Below are positions 11,196 through 20,899 of a DNA stretch of 64,000 nt, in pieces. Origin of the DNA: an uncultured Gemmatimonadales bacterium (GTDB lineage: Bacteria; Gemmatimonadota; Gemmatimonadetes; Longimicrobiales; RSA9); NCBI GenBank assembly GCA_963741945.1, contig CAVUKA010000001.1, positions 992,001 through 1,056,000 of the forward strand. Reading direction: 5' to 3'. Every line of letters starts with the position of its first letter. Positions within the stretch are counted from its first letter, which is position 1. A program made the position numbers and the translations under genes. The notes under the pieces were generated by a model. That model was not told where the DNA came from and did no database searches. It was given only the letters and a program-made list of their open reading frames with translations.

Positions 11196-12105
11196 TTCGG
11201 ACTCCCATGAGCTCGATCATGATCGCCTTCTGGGCGTGCAGCCGGTTCTCCGCCTCGTCGAACACGCGCGACTGCGGCCCCTCGAAGACGTCTTCGGTGA
11301 CCTCCTCGCCGCGATGGGCCGGGAGGCAGTGCAGGAAGATGGCGTCGTCGCCGGCGGCGGCCATCACCCCGGCGTTGACCTGGAAATTGCGGAAGGCCGC
11401 GAGCCGCTTCTCCTGCTCCGCCTCCTGTCCCATGGAGGCCCAGACGTCCGTCGTGACCACGTCGGCGCCCTCGGCCGCTTCCATCGGATCGTGCGTGAGC
11501 ATGACCGTGGCCGCAGTGCGGGCCCGGTCGTAGATCTCGCGGCTCGGCTCGTACCCCTCCGGCGTCGCGATCCGGACTTCGAGACCGAACCGGTACGCCG
11601 CGTTCAGCCACGAATTGGCCATGTTGTTGCCATCTCCGATCCAGGCGACCTTCCGCCCCGCCAGGTCCCGCCCGAACGCCTCCTGGATGGTCATGACATC
11701 GGCCATCACCTGACACGGATGAAGCAGGTCGGTGAGCCCGTTGATGATCGGGATGCTGCCGTAATGCGCCAGCTCGACCAGGTCGTTCTGGTCGAACGTG
11801 CGAATCATGATCCCATCCACGTACCGGGACAGAACGCGCGCCGTGTCCTTGATGGGCTCCCCGCGGCCGAGCTGCAGGTCGCGCGCCGACAGGAAGAGCG
11901 CGTAGCCGCCAAGCTGGTACATCCCGGCCTCAAAGGAGACACGGGTGCGGGTGGAGCTCTTCTGGAAGATCATGCCCAGTGTCTTGCCCGCCAGCGGCTT
12001 CCCCTTCTCCTCCCCGGCCTTGAGCCGGTGCGCGAGGTCCAGGAGCCCGTAGAGCCCGTCGGTGTCGAAGTCGGGAATGGCGAGAAAATGTCGATTATCT
12101 GTCAT
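11188..12105 (-). CDS. argF: Ornithine carbamoyltransferase
   Basis: SSTRTRVSFE, HPCQ, GDGNNM, SMGQE, FLHCLP; start MTDNRHFL at 12105. Confidence 0.96.
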   Translation of the reverse strand: MTDNRHFLAIPDFDTDGLYGLLDLAHRLKAGEEKGKPLAGKTLGMIFQKSSTRTRVSFEAGMYQLGGYALFLSARDLQLGRGEPIKDTARVLSRYVDGIMIRTFDQNDLVELAHYGSIPIINGLTDLLHPCQVMADVMTIQEAFGRDLAGRKVAWIGDGNNMANSWLNAAYRFGLEVRIATPEGYEPSREIYDRARTAATVMLTHDPMEAAEGADVVTTDVWASMGQEAEQEKRLAAFRNFQVNAGVMAAAGDDAIFLHCLPAHRGEEVTEDVFEGPQSRVFDEAENRLHAQKAIMIELMGVRNG

Positions 12106-12189
12106 CCGCCCCTCATGCGGTTCACGCCAGAATTGCAGGTGGGTGAAACTAGCCGCAGAGGCGGTGGGGCGGCAACCGAGCGAAGCGGG

Positions 12190-12230
12190 CGAGGGCGGGT
12201 GAGGCGGCTGATCCGCCTTCCCCGCCCTCG
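12190..12230. other. Long GC-rich hairpin between hslU and argF
   Basis: CGAGGGCGGG(T)GAGGCGG-CTGAT-CCGCCTT(C)CCCGCCCTCG; no U-tract. Confidence 0.5.
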
Positions 12231-12262
12231 TCGTCCGGCCGGCTGTTCGCGCCGGGACGGTC

Positions 12263-13786
12263 CTAGAGGATGTAGCGCCGGAGGTCGTCGTCCTCGACCA
12301 CCTTGCGGAGGCGATCGCGCACCATGGCGGCATCGACGTGGACGGGTCCCTCGCGGCCATCGGGGAGCTCGAAGAGGAGATCCTCGAGGAGGGTGGTCAT
12401 GACGGTGTGGAGGCGGCGAGCGCCAATGTTCTCCATGCGCTCGTTCACGTCGGCAGCGATGTGAGCGATCTCGTGAATGGCGTCGTCGGAGAACTCGAGC
12501 TGTACGTTTTCGGAAGCGACGAGTGCCTGGTACTGGCGGACCAGGGCGTTCTTGGGCTCCTGGAGGATGCGGATGAAGTCCTTCTCGGTGAGGGGGGCCA
12601 GCTCGACGCGAATCGGGAACCGGCCCTGGAGCTCGGGGATCATCTCGCTCGGCTTGGCCACGTGGAAAGCCCCGGCAGCCACGAACAGGACGTGATCCGT
12701 GCGCACGATGCCGTACTTGGTCTGTACGGTGCTGCCCTCGACGATGGGGAGCAGGTCGCGCTGCACGCCCTCGCGGGAGATGTCGGGACCCGCGCCGCCG
12801 CGCTGGCCGACGACCTTGTCGATCTCGTCGAGGAAGACGATGCCCATGTCCTCGGTGCGGTCGAGGGCATCACTGACGACCTCGTCCATGTCGACGAGGC
12901 GGTCGAGCTCGTCCTGCACGAGGATGCGGCGGGCCTCGGCGATGCTCACGGTGCGGCGCTTCTTCCGCTTCGGGAGCATGTCCTGGAGCATCTCACTGAA
13001 GTTGAAGTCCATCCCGTCCATGCCGCCGCCCATGGGCAGCATCATGCCATCGATGGAAGCCGACTGGGTCACTTCGACGTCCACCATGCGCTCTTCCAGC
13101 TTCCCGTCACGCAGGAGGGTCCGCAGCTTCTCGCGGGTGCGCTGGCGACGGTCGGATGCGGCGGGCCGCTCGGACCCCTTCTCCTCCGCTGCGCCGGAAG
13201 GTCCCACCACGAAGGCGCGGACGCTCGCGCCGTCGCCTTCCTCTGTCGGCTGCTCATCGACGGGCGGGAGCAGCAGGTCGAGGAGCCGCTCCTCCACGCC
13301 TTCCTCCGCCTGGCTCTCGACCTCGGCCTCGCGCTCGTCGCGGACCATGTTCACGGCCACGTCCACGAGGTCGCGGATCACCGACTCGACGTCGCGGCCG
13401 ACGTAGCCCACCTCCGTGAACTTGGACGCCTCCACCTTCACGAAGGGCGCCCCGGCCAGGCGAGCGAGCCGGCGAGCGATCTCGGTCTTCCCGACGCCCG
13501 TGGGCCCGATCATGATGATGTTGTTCGGCATGATCTCCTCGCGGAGATCCTCCGGGGCCTGCTGGCGACGCCAGCGGTTGCGCAGGGCGATGGCCACCGC
13601 CTTCTTGGCGGCGTCCTGCCCGACGATGTACGTGTCGAGCTCCGCCACGATCTGCCGGGGCGTCAGCTCGTCCAGCCACTGGGGGGTGTCGGGCGCGCCG
13701 TCGCCGGCGGACCCGGGCTCGCCGTCGGCGTTGGGTGAAGGCGTATCGGTGCTGCTGTCGTCGGTGGTGATGGTATCGTGGGTCAT
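12263..13786 (-). CDS. hslU: HslUV protease ATPase subunit
   Basis: [61 protein letters not shown], ends LRRYIL. Confidence 0.98.
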   Translation of the reverse strand: MTHDTITTDDSSTDTPSPNADGEPGSAGDGAPDTPQWLDELTPRQIVAELDTYIVGQDAAKKAVAIALRNRWRRQQAPEDLREEIMPNNIIMIGPTGVGKTEIARRLARLAGAPFVKVEASKFTEVGYVGRDVESVIRDLVDVAVNMVRDEREAEVESQAEEGVEERLLDLLLPPVDEQPTEEGDGASVRAFVVGPSGAAEEKGSERPAASDRRQRTREKLRTLLRDGKLEERMVDVEVTQSASIDGMMLPMGGGMDGMDFNFSEMLQDMLPKRKKRRTVSIAEARRILVQDELDRLVDMDEVVSDALDRTEDMGIVFLDEIDKVVGQRGGAGPDISREGVQRDLLPIVEGSTVQTKYGIVRTDHVLFVAAGAFHVAKPSEMIPELQGRFPIRVELAPLTEKDFIRILQEPKNALVRQYQALVASENVQLEFSDDAIHEIAHIAADVNERMENIGARRLHTVMTTLLEDLLFELPDGREGPVHVDAAMVRDRLRKVVEDDDLRRYIL

Positions 13787-14337
13787 TCCGTTGATCCGTC
13801 CAGCTCGAGGACGGTGATGTTCCGATTCGTGTAGATGCAGATGTCCGCGGCGATCTCGAGGGAGCGACGGACGATGTCGGCGGCGCTGAGGTCGTCGCGC
13901 TCGCGGAAGGCGCGGGCGGCGGCGAGCGCGTAGGGGCCGCCGCTGCCGATGGCGACGATCTCGTCGTCGGGCTCGATGACGTTGCCATCGCCGCTGACGA
14001 CGAAGAGCCGCTCGTCGTCCGCCACGGCGAGCAGCGCTTCCAGCCGCCGCAGGTAGCGGTCGGTGCGCCAGTCCTTGGCGAGCTCGACCACGGCGCGCGA
14101 GAGGTTGCCGGGATAGCGCTCGAGCTTCTCCTCGAACTTCTCGAACAGCGTGAACGCGTCGGCCACGGAGCCGGCGAATCCGGCGAGGATCCGGCCGTCG
14201 CGGAGCTTGCGTACCTTGCGGGCGCTGGCCTTCATGACCGTATCGCCCAGGGTGACCTGGCCGTCGCCGCCGAGGGCGACGCGGCCGCCGTGTCGCGCCG
14301 CCACGATGGTGGTGGCGTGGAACTCGAACTCGCTCAT
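13783..14337 (-). CDS. hslV: HslUV protease peptidase subunit
   Basis: HATTI (Thr nucleophile), GDGQVT, GFAG..ADA, IGSGG, DICIYTN. Confidence 0.98.
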   Translation of the reverse strand: MSEFEFHATTIVAARHGGRVALGGDGQVTLGDTVMKASARKVRKLRDGRILAGFAGSVADAFTLFEKFEEKLERYPGNLSRAVVELAKDWRTDRYLRRLEALLAVADDERLFVVSGDGNVIEPDDEIVAIGSGGPYALAAARAFRERDDLSAADIVRRSLEIAADICIYTNRNITVLELDGSTE

Positions 14338-14386
14338 CTCTTACCTGTACCCCTGACCAGTCGGCGGTTCCGCCCGGGGTCGGTCA

Positions 14387-15325
14387 TCATGCCCGTGGGT
14401 GGGCATCGCGATAGACCTTCCTGAGGCGCTCCCTGGAAGTATGAGTGTAGATGCGGGTGGTCGAAAGCGACGCATGGCCGAGCAGCTCCTTCACCGCCAT
14501 CAGGTCCGCGCCCGCGTCCAGCAGGTGCGTGGCGAAGGAATGGCGGAGCGAATGCGTCGACAGCTCGCCCGCGTCCGCGATCGAATCGAGGACATCACGG
14601 ACGATATCCTGGATCCGGCGTGTCGTGAGTCTGCGGCCGGTCTCCGCCACGAACAGGGCGTCGCGGTCCGGGCGCGAGCCGGCGCGGATGGCCTCGAGGC
14701 GCCGGGGCTCGTAGCGGCGGATGGCCCGGGCCGCGGACTGGCCGAGCGGGACGATGCGCTCCTTGCGGCCCTTGCCGCGCACCTTGACCTGGTCGCCGAC
14801 GAGATCGACGTCCCGGCGGTCGAGCCCCTGCAGCTCCGAAACGCGCATGCCGGTGGCGTAGAACGTCTCGAGGATGGCGAGGTCGCGCTCGCCGTGGAAC
14901 GTGCCCTCGGCCGCGCGGTTCTCCGCAAGCACGAAGAGCCGGTCGACATCGCCGCGCGTGAGCCAGCCGGGGAGCTTCCGCTCGAGACGGGGCGAGTGCA
15001 CCGTGCGCGCGGGATTGCCGTCCACCTCCCCTTCCTGGTGCAGCCAGCGGAAGAAGGAGCGGACTGCGGAAAGCTTGCGCGCGATGCTCCGGGTGGCGAG
15101 CCGCGCGCGGGAGAGGTGGCCGAGGTAGGAGCGCAGATCGAGGCGGTCGACGTCGGCCCAGCGCCACTCGTCGCGCTGCGTGCCCAGCCAGTCCCGGAAC
15201 TGCCGGAGATCGGTGCGGTACGCGGCCACCGTGTGGCGGCTGAGCTGCCGCCCTTCTTCGAGGTAGCGGAGATAGTCGTGGACCGCCCGGTCCGCGCCGG
15301 CGGCGCGCCCGCCCCCGCCGCTCAC
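14387..15325 (-). CDS. xerC: Tyrosine recombinase XerC
   Basis: TGMRVSEL, GKGRKER, HSLRHSFATHLL, LLGH, TRIYTH; sits in the trmFO-xerC-hslVU order. Confidence 0.92.
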   Translation of the reverse strand: MSGGGGRAAGADRAVHDYLRYLEEGRQLSRHTVAAYRTDLRQFRDWLGTQRDEWRWADVDRLDLRSYLGHLSRARLATRSIARKLSAVRSFFRWLHQEGEVDGNPARTVHSPRLERKLPGWLTRGDVDRLFVLAENRAAEGTFHGERDLAILETFYATGMRVSELQGLDRRDVDLVGDQVKVRGKGRKERIVPLGQSAARAIRRYEPRRLEAIRAGSRPDRDALFVAETGRRLTTRRIQDIVRDVLDSIADAGELSTHSLRHSFATHLLDAGADLMAVKELLGHASLSTTRIYTHTSRERLRKVYRDAHPRA

Positions 15326-16665
15326 GCTCCGGCCTCCGCGGGCGCGGAAACGGGCGCCACTCCCGCGTCACGGATCCATGCCGCGAAAGCAGCGCGGGCG
15401 CGATCCACCATCTTCTGGCGCTTCTCGCGCTTCTTGCGGACCCGTTCTTCGAGGGGATCGAGGAGCCCGAAGTTGGAGTTCATGGGCTGGAAGTCCGCTG
15501 GATCGGCGTCGCGCAGGTAGCGGAAGAGCCCGCCGATCATGGTGGTGGGCGGTGGCACGACCGGTTCGAGCCCGGCGACGATGCGGTGCAGGTTGATGCC
15601 GGCCATGACCCCGGACGCGGCGGACTCCGTGTACCCTTCCACGCCCGTGAGCTGCCCGGCGAATACGAGGTCGCGACGCTGTTCTGGCGAGCCGAAGAAC
15701 GTGAGGCACGCCGGGAAGTTGAGGTACGTGTTCCGGTGGATGGAGCCGGTGCGGAGGAACTCGGCCTCCTCGAGGCCCGGGATCATGCGGAACACGCGCC
15801 GCTGCTCGCCCGTGCGGAGGCGCGTCTGGAACCCGACGATGTTCCACATCTGCCCGGTGCGGTCCTCGCGCCTCAGCTGGACCACGGCCCACGGATCGCG
15901 ACCGGTGCGCGGGTCGGGGAGCCCGATGGGCTTCATGGGACCGAAGCGGAGCGTCTCGACGCCACGCTCGGCCATGACTTCCACGGGGAGGCACCCTTCG
16001 AAGAACGGGACGTTCTCCCAGTCGTGCCCGGGATAGACGTCGGCGGCGCGGAGCTCGTGGACGAATGCTTCGTACTCCGACCGTGTCATGGGACAGTTCA
16101 GGTAGTCGTCGCCCTCGCCCTTCCCCCACCGCGATGCGAGCCATGCCCGGCTCATGTCGACGGAGTCGAACGATACGATGGGGGCGATGGAATCGTAGAA
16201 GGCGAGCCCGGTGTCGCCCAGCAGCCGCTGGATCTCCCCCGTCAGCGGCCCGGAGGTCAGCGGACCGGTAGCGATCACCGCAGGTCCGTCCGGGATCGTG
16301 GTGACCTCCGTGCGCTCCACCGTGATGCGGGGATGTCCCTCCATGGCCATGGTCATGCGCCGGGAGAAGCGGACGCGGTCGACTGCCAGCGCAGCGCCGG
16401 CGGGGACACTGGTCACGCGGGCGCAGGCGAGGAGGAGGGAGCCCAGGTCCCGCATCTCGGCCTTCAGCAGGCCGTGCGCGTTGCCCAGGTCCTCGCTCTT
16501 GAAGGAGTTGGTACACACGAGCTCCGCCAGGCCGTCCGTCCTGTGCGCTTCCGTGGAGCGCACGGGGCGCATCTCCAGGAGCACGACGTCGTGGCCGCGC
16601 TCGGCCAGCTGCCACGCCGCTTCACAGCCTGCGAGTCCACCTCCGACTACGGTGACGCTGTCCAT
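15322..16665 (-). CDS. trmFO: tRNA (uracil-54) methyltransferase TrmFO (Gid)
   Basis: GGGLAGCEAAWQ, ELVCTNS, FFEGCLP.E, LRFGPMKP.GL, AGQLTGVEGY; alternative GTG start at 16671. Confidence 0.96.
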   Translation of the reverse strand: MDSVTVVGGGLAGCEAAWQLAERGHDVVLLEMRPVRSTEAHRTDGLAELVCTNSFKSEDLGNAHGLLKAEMRDLGSLLLACARVTSVPAGAALAVDRVRFSRRMTMAMEGHPRITVERTEVTTIPDGPAVIATGPLTSGPLTGEIQRLLGDTGLAFYDSIAPIVSFDSVDMSRAWLASRWGKGEGDDYLNCPMTRSEYEAFVHELRAADVYPGHDWENVPFFEGCLPVEVMAERGVETLRFGPMKPIGLPDPRTGRDPWAVVQLRREDRTGQMWNIVGFQTRLRTGEQRRVFRMIPGLEEAEFLRTGSIHRNTYLNFPACLTFFGSPEQRRDLVFAGQLTGVEGYTESAASGVMAGINLHRIVAGLEPVVPPPTTMIGGLFRYLRDADPADFQPMNSNFGLLDPLEERVRKKREKRQKMVDRARAAFAAWIRDAGVAPVSAPAEAGA

Positions 16666-16667
16666 GC

Positions 16668-18950
16668 TCACTTCCCCGCCTCCGCCTCGATCGTGTCCGG
16701 CGCCAGCTCGGAGCGACACTGGATGCACCTGTAGAACGCCCCCCTCGCCTTCGTCTTCTTCTCCACCAGGTAGGGCGCCGCGCACACGGGACACGCGACC
16801 GGTACCGGGCGATCCCAGCTCGACCAGTCGCATGCCGGGTAGCGCGTGCACCCCCAGAAGCTCTTGCCGCGGCGCGTCCGCTTCTCGCCGATGTCCCCTT
16901 CTCCGCAGACCGGGCACTTCAGGCCGGGAATCGCGAGGGACCTGGTGAAGCTGCATTTCGGGTGGCTGGCGCAGCCGATGAACGGTCCGTAGCGACCGGA
17001 GCGACGCACCAGCGGGGCGCCACAGTCGGGGCAGGCATCGCCGGTGGGCTCCGGAGCCGGCCGGTCGTTGCCGTCGATGGAGCGCGTGTAGGCGCAGCCC
17101 GGATACCCGGTGCAGCCGACGAAGCGGCCGGACCGGTTCCACCGGATCGCGAGCGGGCCGCCACACTCGGGGCAGGACTCGTCCTCCATCTCCATGACGG
17201 AGCGGACGATCTCGGCACCATTCCGTTTGCCGCGCGCGAGCTGCTGCCGGAAGGGGCCGTAGAACGCGCTCAGCACCGCGCGCCATTCGAGGTCCCCGCT
17301 CTCGATCCTGTCCAGCTCCTCTTCCATGCCACTGGTGAACGCGACATCGAAGAGGTCGGGGAACATCCGGACCAGGACCTTGGCCACCGTGTCACCCAGG
17401 GGTGTGGGGACGAACCGCTTGCGGTCCATCTGCACGTACTTCCGATCCCGCAGCGTGGCGATGATCTGGGCGTAGGTGGATGGTCTGCCGATCCCCTGCC
17501 GCTCCATCTCCTTCACCAGGCTCGCCTCCGTGAATCGCGGGGGCGGCTCCGTAAAATGCTGCTGGGGTCGGAGCTCCCGGAGATCGACGGTGTCACCGGG
17601 GCGCAGCACGGGGAGCGGCGACAGATCGTCCAGGGTGCCGGGCTCACCTTCCTCCCGCGCCTCCCGGTACAGGCGAGTGAAGCCGTCGAACTTCATGATG
17701 GATCCCGTGGCCCGGAACAGGTAGCGGTGCGCGTCGCCCCGGAGATCGAAGTCCACGGTGGTGGTGTCGAAGACCGCCGCCCGCATCTGCCCCGCCATGA
17801 AGCGGAGCCAGACCAGCTCGTAGAGCCGGAACTGGTCACGGTTCAGGAAGCGCTTCACCGCCTCCGGCGCGCGCGTGGGGTCGGTGGGCCGGATCGCCTC
17901 GTGCGCCTCCTGCGCTCCCTTCTGCTGCTTCCCCGCCCAGGTCCGCGGAGCGGGCGGCACGTATGCGGCGCCGAACCGGTTCTCGAGGTAGCCGCGTCCG
18001 GTGGCGGCCGCGGCCGCGGACACGCGCGTGGAATCCGTGCGCATGTACGTGATCAGTCCCGTGGCACCCCCGCCGATCTCGATACCCTCGTACAGTGCCT
18101 GCGCGACCCGCATGGTGCGACGGGCGTCGAAGCCGAGACGCTTGGCAGCGTCCTGCTGGAGCGTCGATGTCGTGAACGGAGGCGGCGGACTCTTCGTCCG
18201 TTCCCTCCGCTTCACATGGTTCACGAGGAAGGGGAGCCCGGCGAGTCCGCGGAGGACCTCGTTCGCCTCCTCGCCGTCACGGATGCGGAACTTCCGCCCG
18301 TCGATCTGATGGAGCTTCGCCTCGAAATCCTGATCGTGGGCGCGGAGCAGCGCGGTGATGGACCAGTACTCTTCCGGCCGGAATGCCCGGATCGCGTCCT
18401 CGCGCTCGGCGATGAGTCGGAGCGCGACGGTCTGCACCCGGCCGGCGCTCAGTCCGGGGCGGATCGGCCTCCAGAGGAGCGGGCTGACCTGGTAGCCCAC
18501 GAGGCGATCGAGGATGCGGCGGGCCTGCTGCGCCTCCACCTTGCGCATGTCGAGCGGCTCCGGCCGGGCCAGCGCCCGCCGGACGGCGTCCCTGGTGACC
18601 TCGTGGAAGCGCACTCGCTGGAAGCTCCCATCACGGCGGCCAGGGTCGAAGCCGAGCTGCTCGGCCACGTGGAACGCGATCGCCTCGCCTTCCCGGTCCG
18701 GGTCCGTGGCCAGCACGACCCGGCGGACCCCGTGGGCCGCGCGGGCGAGATCCCGCAGCACTTTCCCCTTTCCCCGGATCGTGACATAGCGCGGCTCGAA
18801 GCCCGCCTCCACATCCACGCCCAGCTCGCGCTCGGGGAGGTCGCGGACATGACCCACCGAGGCCCTGACCGAATATCCCGCCCCCAGGTACCTCTCGATC
18901 GTGCGCGCCTTCGCTGGCGACTCCACGATCACGAGGGTATCAGCGCTCAT
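16668..18950 (-). CDS. topA: DNA topoisomerase I with C-terminal zinc ribbons
   Basis: LVIVESPAKA, ATDPDREGEAI, SAGRVQ, LITYMRTDS, AQEAHEAIRP, GIGRPSTYA; repeated C4 motifs. Confidence 0.97.
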   Translation of the reverse strand: MSADTLVIVESPAKARTIERYLGAGYSVRASVGHVRDLPERELGVDVEAGFEPRYVTIRGKGKVLRDLARAAHGVRRVVLATDPDREGEAIAFHVAEQLGFDPGRRDGSFQRVRFHEVTRDAVRRALARPEPLDMRKVEAQQARRILDRLVGYQVSPLLWRPIRPGLSAGRVQTVALRLIAEREDAIRAFRPEEYWSITALLRAHDQDFEAKLHQIDGRKFRIRDGEEANEVLRGLAGLPFLVNHVKRRERTKSPPPPFTTSTLQQDAAKRLGFDARRTMRVAQALYEGIEIGGGATGLITYMRTDSTRVSAAAAATGRGYLENRFGAAYVPPAPRTWAGKQQKGAQEAHEAIRPTDPTRAPEAVKRFLNRDQFRLYELVWLRFMAGQMRAAVFDTTTVDFDLRGDAHRYLFRATGSIMKFDGFTRLYREAREEGEPGTLDDLSPLPVLRPGDTVDLRELRPQQHFTEPPPRFTEASLVKEMERQGIGRPSTYAQIIATLRDRKYVQMDRKRFVPTPLGDTVAKVLVRMFPDLFDVAFTSGMEEELDRIESGDLEWRAVLSAFYGPFRQQLARGKRNGAEIVRSVMEMEDESCPECGGPLAIRWNRSGRFVGCTGYPGCAYTRSIDGNDRPAPEPTGDACPDCGAPLVRRSGRYGPFIGCASHPKCSFTRSLAIPGLKCPVCGEGDIGEKRTRRGKSFWGCTRYPACDWSSWDRPVPVACPVCAAPYLVEKKTKARGAFYRCIQCRSELAPDTIEAEAGK

Positions 18951-19497
18951 CATCCTCCAGGTCACCGGCCCGGAGCCGGCGGACGACCTCGTCCGCCACG
19001 GCCCCCGGGTCCTTCCCGTCCACGTCCACCACCAGCTCCGCTTCGGCATAGCGCGGCTGGCGCTCCGCGAGGAGCGCGCGCGCCCGATCGACACGGCCTT
19101 CGGCACCACCGAGGAGCGGCCGATCCACGGAATCGGCCTGCGCGCGCCGCACCGCTTCTTCGGGTGTGACCCTGAGCCAGACCCGGACGGTGCCGCTGCC
19201 GAGGGCGGCGGTCAGTTCGGGGCGGGCGGCCCAGCCACCACCCGGAGCGATGACCACGTAGCGACGCCCCGCCAGGCTGCCGGTCAGCTCACGCTCCATG
19301 ATCCGGAAGGCGGCCTCGCCACTCTCGCGGATCACGGCTGCGGGCGACCGCCCCGCGCGCTCCGTGACCAGGACGTCCAGATCGATGAAGGACCAGCCGA
19401 GGCGCTCGGCCAGCAGCGGCCCCACCGTGCTCTTGCCTGCGGCCATGAATCCCACGAGCACTATTCGCTCCGGGAGCGGGGCACCGCCATGGCTCAT
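18940..19497 (-). CDS. aroK: Shikimate kinase
   Basis: [27 protein letters not shown]. Confidence 0.94.
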   Translation of the reverse strand: MSHGGAPLPERIVLVGFMAAGKSTVGPLLAERLGWSFIDLDVLVTERAGRSPAAVIRESGEAAFRIMERELTGSLAGRRYVVIAPGGGWAARPELTAALGSGTVRVWLRVTPEEAVRRAQADSVDRPLLGGAEGRVDRARALLAERQPRYAEAELVVDVDGKDPGAVADEVVRRLRAGDLEDDER

Positions 19498-20747
19498 CCG
19501 GCCCCCGACTCGAACGGCCCTTGCTCCGCGGTGTCCGGTGCCACGGCCCGGCCCATCCGCTCCAGCTCATCGCCGTAGGCGGCGGCGTTGCGCAGCAGCT
19601 CGCCCATGGAGTCGCCGCCGAACTTCTCCAGCACGGCGTCCGCCAGCACCATGGCCACCATGGCCTCGCCGACCACGCCGGCCGCGGCCAGCGCGGCCAC
19701 ATCGCTCCGCTCGCGGATGGCGTCGGCGGGCTTCTTGGTGCGCAGGTCGACGCTCGCCAGGGGCCGCATGAGCGTGGACAGCGGCTTCATGGCGACGCGG
19801 GCCACGAGCGGAGCGCCCGTGGTCATTCCGCCCTCCAGGCCGCCAGCCCGATTCGTGAGGCGCTTGTACCCACCCGTGGTGCGTATGCTCCAGGCGGGGT
19901 CGTAATGGATCTCGTCGTGCACGGCCGACCCCCTGCGAGCCGCCGCGCGGAAGCCGAGCCCGATCTCCACGCCTTTCATGGCCGGAATGGACATGAGCGC
20001 GCCGGCCAGGCGGCCATCGAGCCGGCGGTCCCATGCGACGTAGCTGCCGAGGCCGGCCGGCAAACCCTCCGCCACCACCTCGAACTCGCCGCCGAGCGTG
20101 TCGCCCGCCTGGCGGGCGGCGTCCACGGCTTCGATCATGCGCCGCTCCGCCGCGGGATCCAGCGTGCGGAGGGGGGAGGCGTCCGCACCGGCGTTCAGAT
20201 CCTCGGGCCAGTGCTCGGGAGGATCGGCCTCCACATCGCCGAGGCGCACCACATGACTGCCGATGCGGACGCCCAGCTCGCCCAGGAGCCGACGCGCCAC
20301 CGCGCCGGCCGCGACGCGGGCCGCGGTCTCCCGCGCGGACGCCCGCTCGAGGATGTCGCGCGCGTCCTCGCGCCCGTACTTGAGCACGCCCACCAGGTCC
20401 GCGTGCCCGGGACGCGGCAGGTAGACCCGACGAAGGTCGTGGTCCGACGCGCCCGGCTCCGGCGGCTCCGTGCCCATGGCCACGCGCCAGTTCTCCCAGT
20501 CCCGGTTCCGGATCAGGAGCGCGATCGGCGCGCCAATGGTCTCACCGAGACGGACGCCGGCAAGGAGCTCGGCACGATCCTGCTCGATGGCCATGCGCCC
20601 GCCCCGCCCGTAGCCACCCTGGCGGCGGCGAAGCTGGGGATCGATGTCGCGCTCCGCCTCCAGCGAGAGTCCCGCGGGCACGCCCTGGACCAGCGCGATC
20701 AGGCCCTGGCCGTGGGATTCGCCAGCCGTGCTGTACGTGAAGTGCAT
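19494..20747 (-). CDS. aroC: Chorismate synthase
   Basis: [46 protein letters not shown]. Confidence 0.97.
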   Translation of the reverse strand: MHFTYSTAGESHGQGLIALVQGVPAGLSLEAERDIDPQLRRRQGGYGRGGRMAIEQDRAELLAGVRLGETIGAPIALLIRNRDWENWRVAMGTEPPEPGASDHDLRRVYLPRPGHADLVGVLKYGREDARDILERASARETAARVAAGAVARRLLGELGVRIGSHVVRLGDVEADPPEHWPEDLNAGADASPLRTLDPAAERRMIEAVDAARQAGDTLGGEFEVVAEGLPAGLGSYVAWDRRLDGRLAGALMSIPAMKGVEIGLGFRAAARRGSAVHDEIHYDPAWSIRTTGGYKRLTNRAGGLEGGMTTGAPLVARVAMKPLSTLMRPLASVDLRTKKPADAIRERSDVAALAAAGVVGEAMVAMVLADAVLEKFGGDSMGELLRNAAAYGDELERMGRAVAPDTAEQGPFESGAG

Positions 20748-20823
20748 GTTCGTGTCCGTGCGGCGCTCACACCCTGTCCCGCGCCGCTCGAGCCCGGAAA
20801 GTCGGGCGGATCGGCGGGGCCGG

Positions 20824-20855
20824 AAAACAACGAAGCCCCCGCGTGCGGGGGCTCC
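20824..20855 (-). terminator. Intrinsic terminator after pilQ
   Basis: Minus strand GGAGCCCCCGC-AC-GCGGGGGCTTC followed by GTTGTTTT. Confidence 0.75.
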
Positions 20856-20899
20856 GGAGCATGTGGAACCGTGGACCTGTCGTCAACAGGCCGCGGGGA

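Noticed and set aside
14387-15325. Phage or island integrase
   Set aside because: It sits in the housekeeping topA-trmFO-xerC-hslVU order with overlapping genes and no att sites or cargo; best read as XerC
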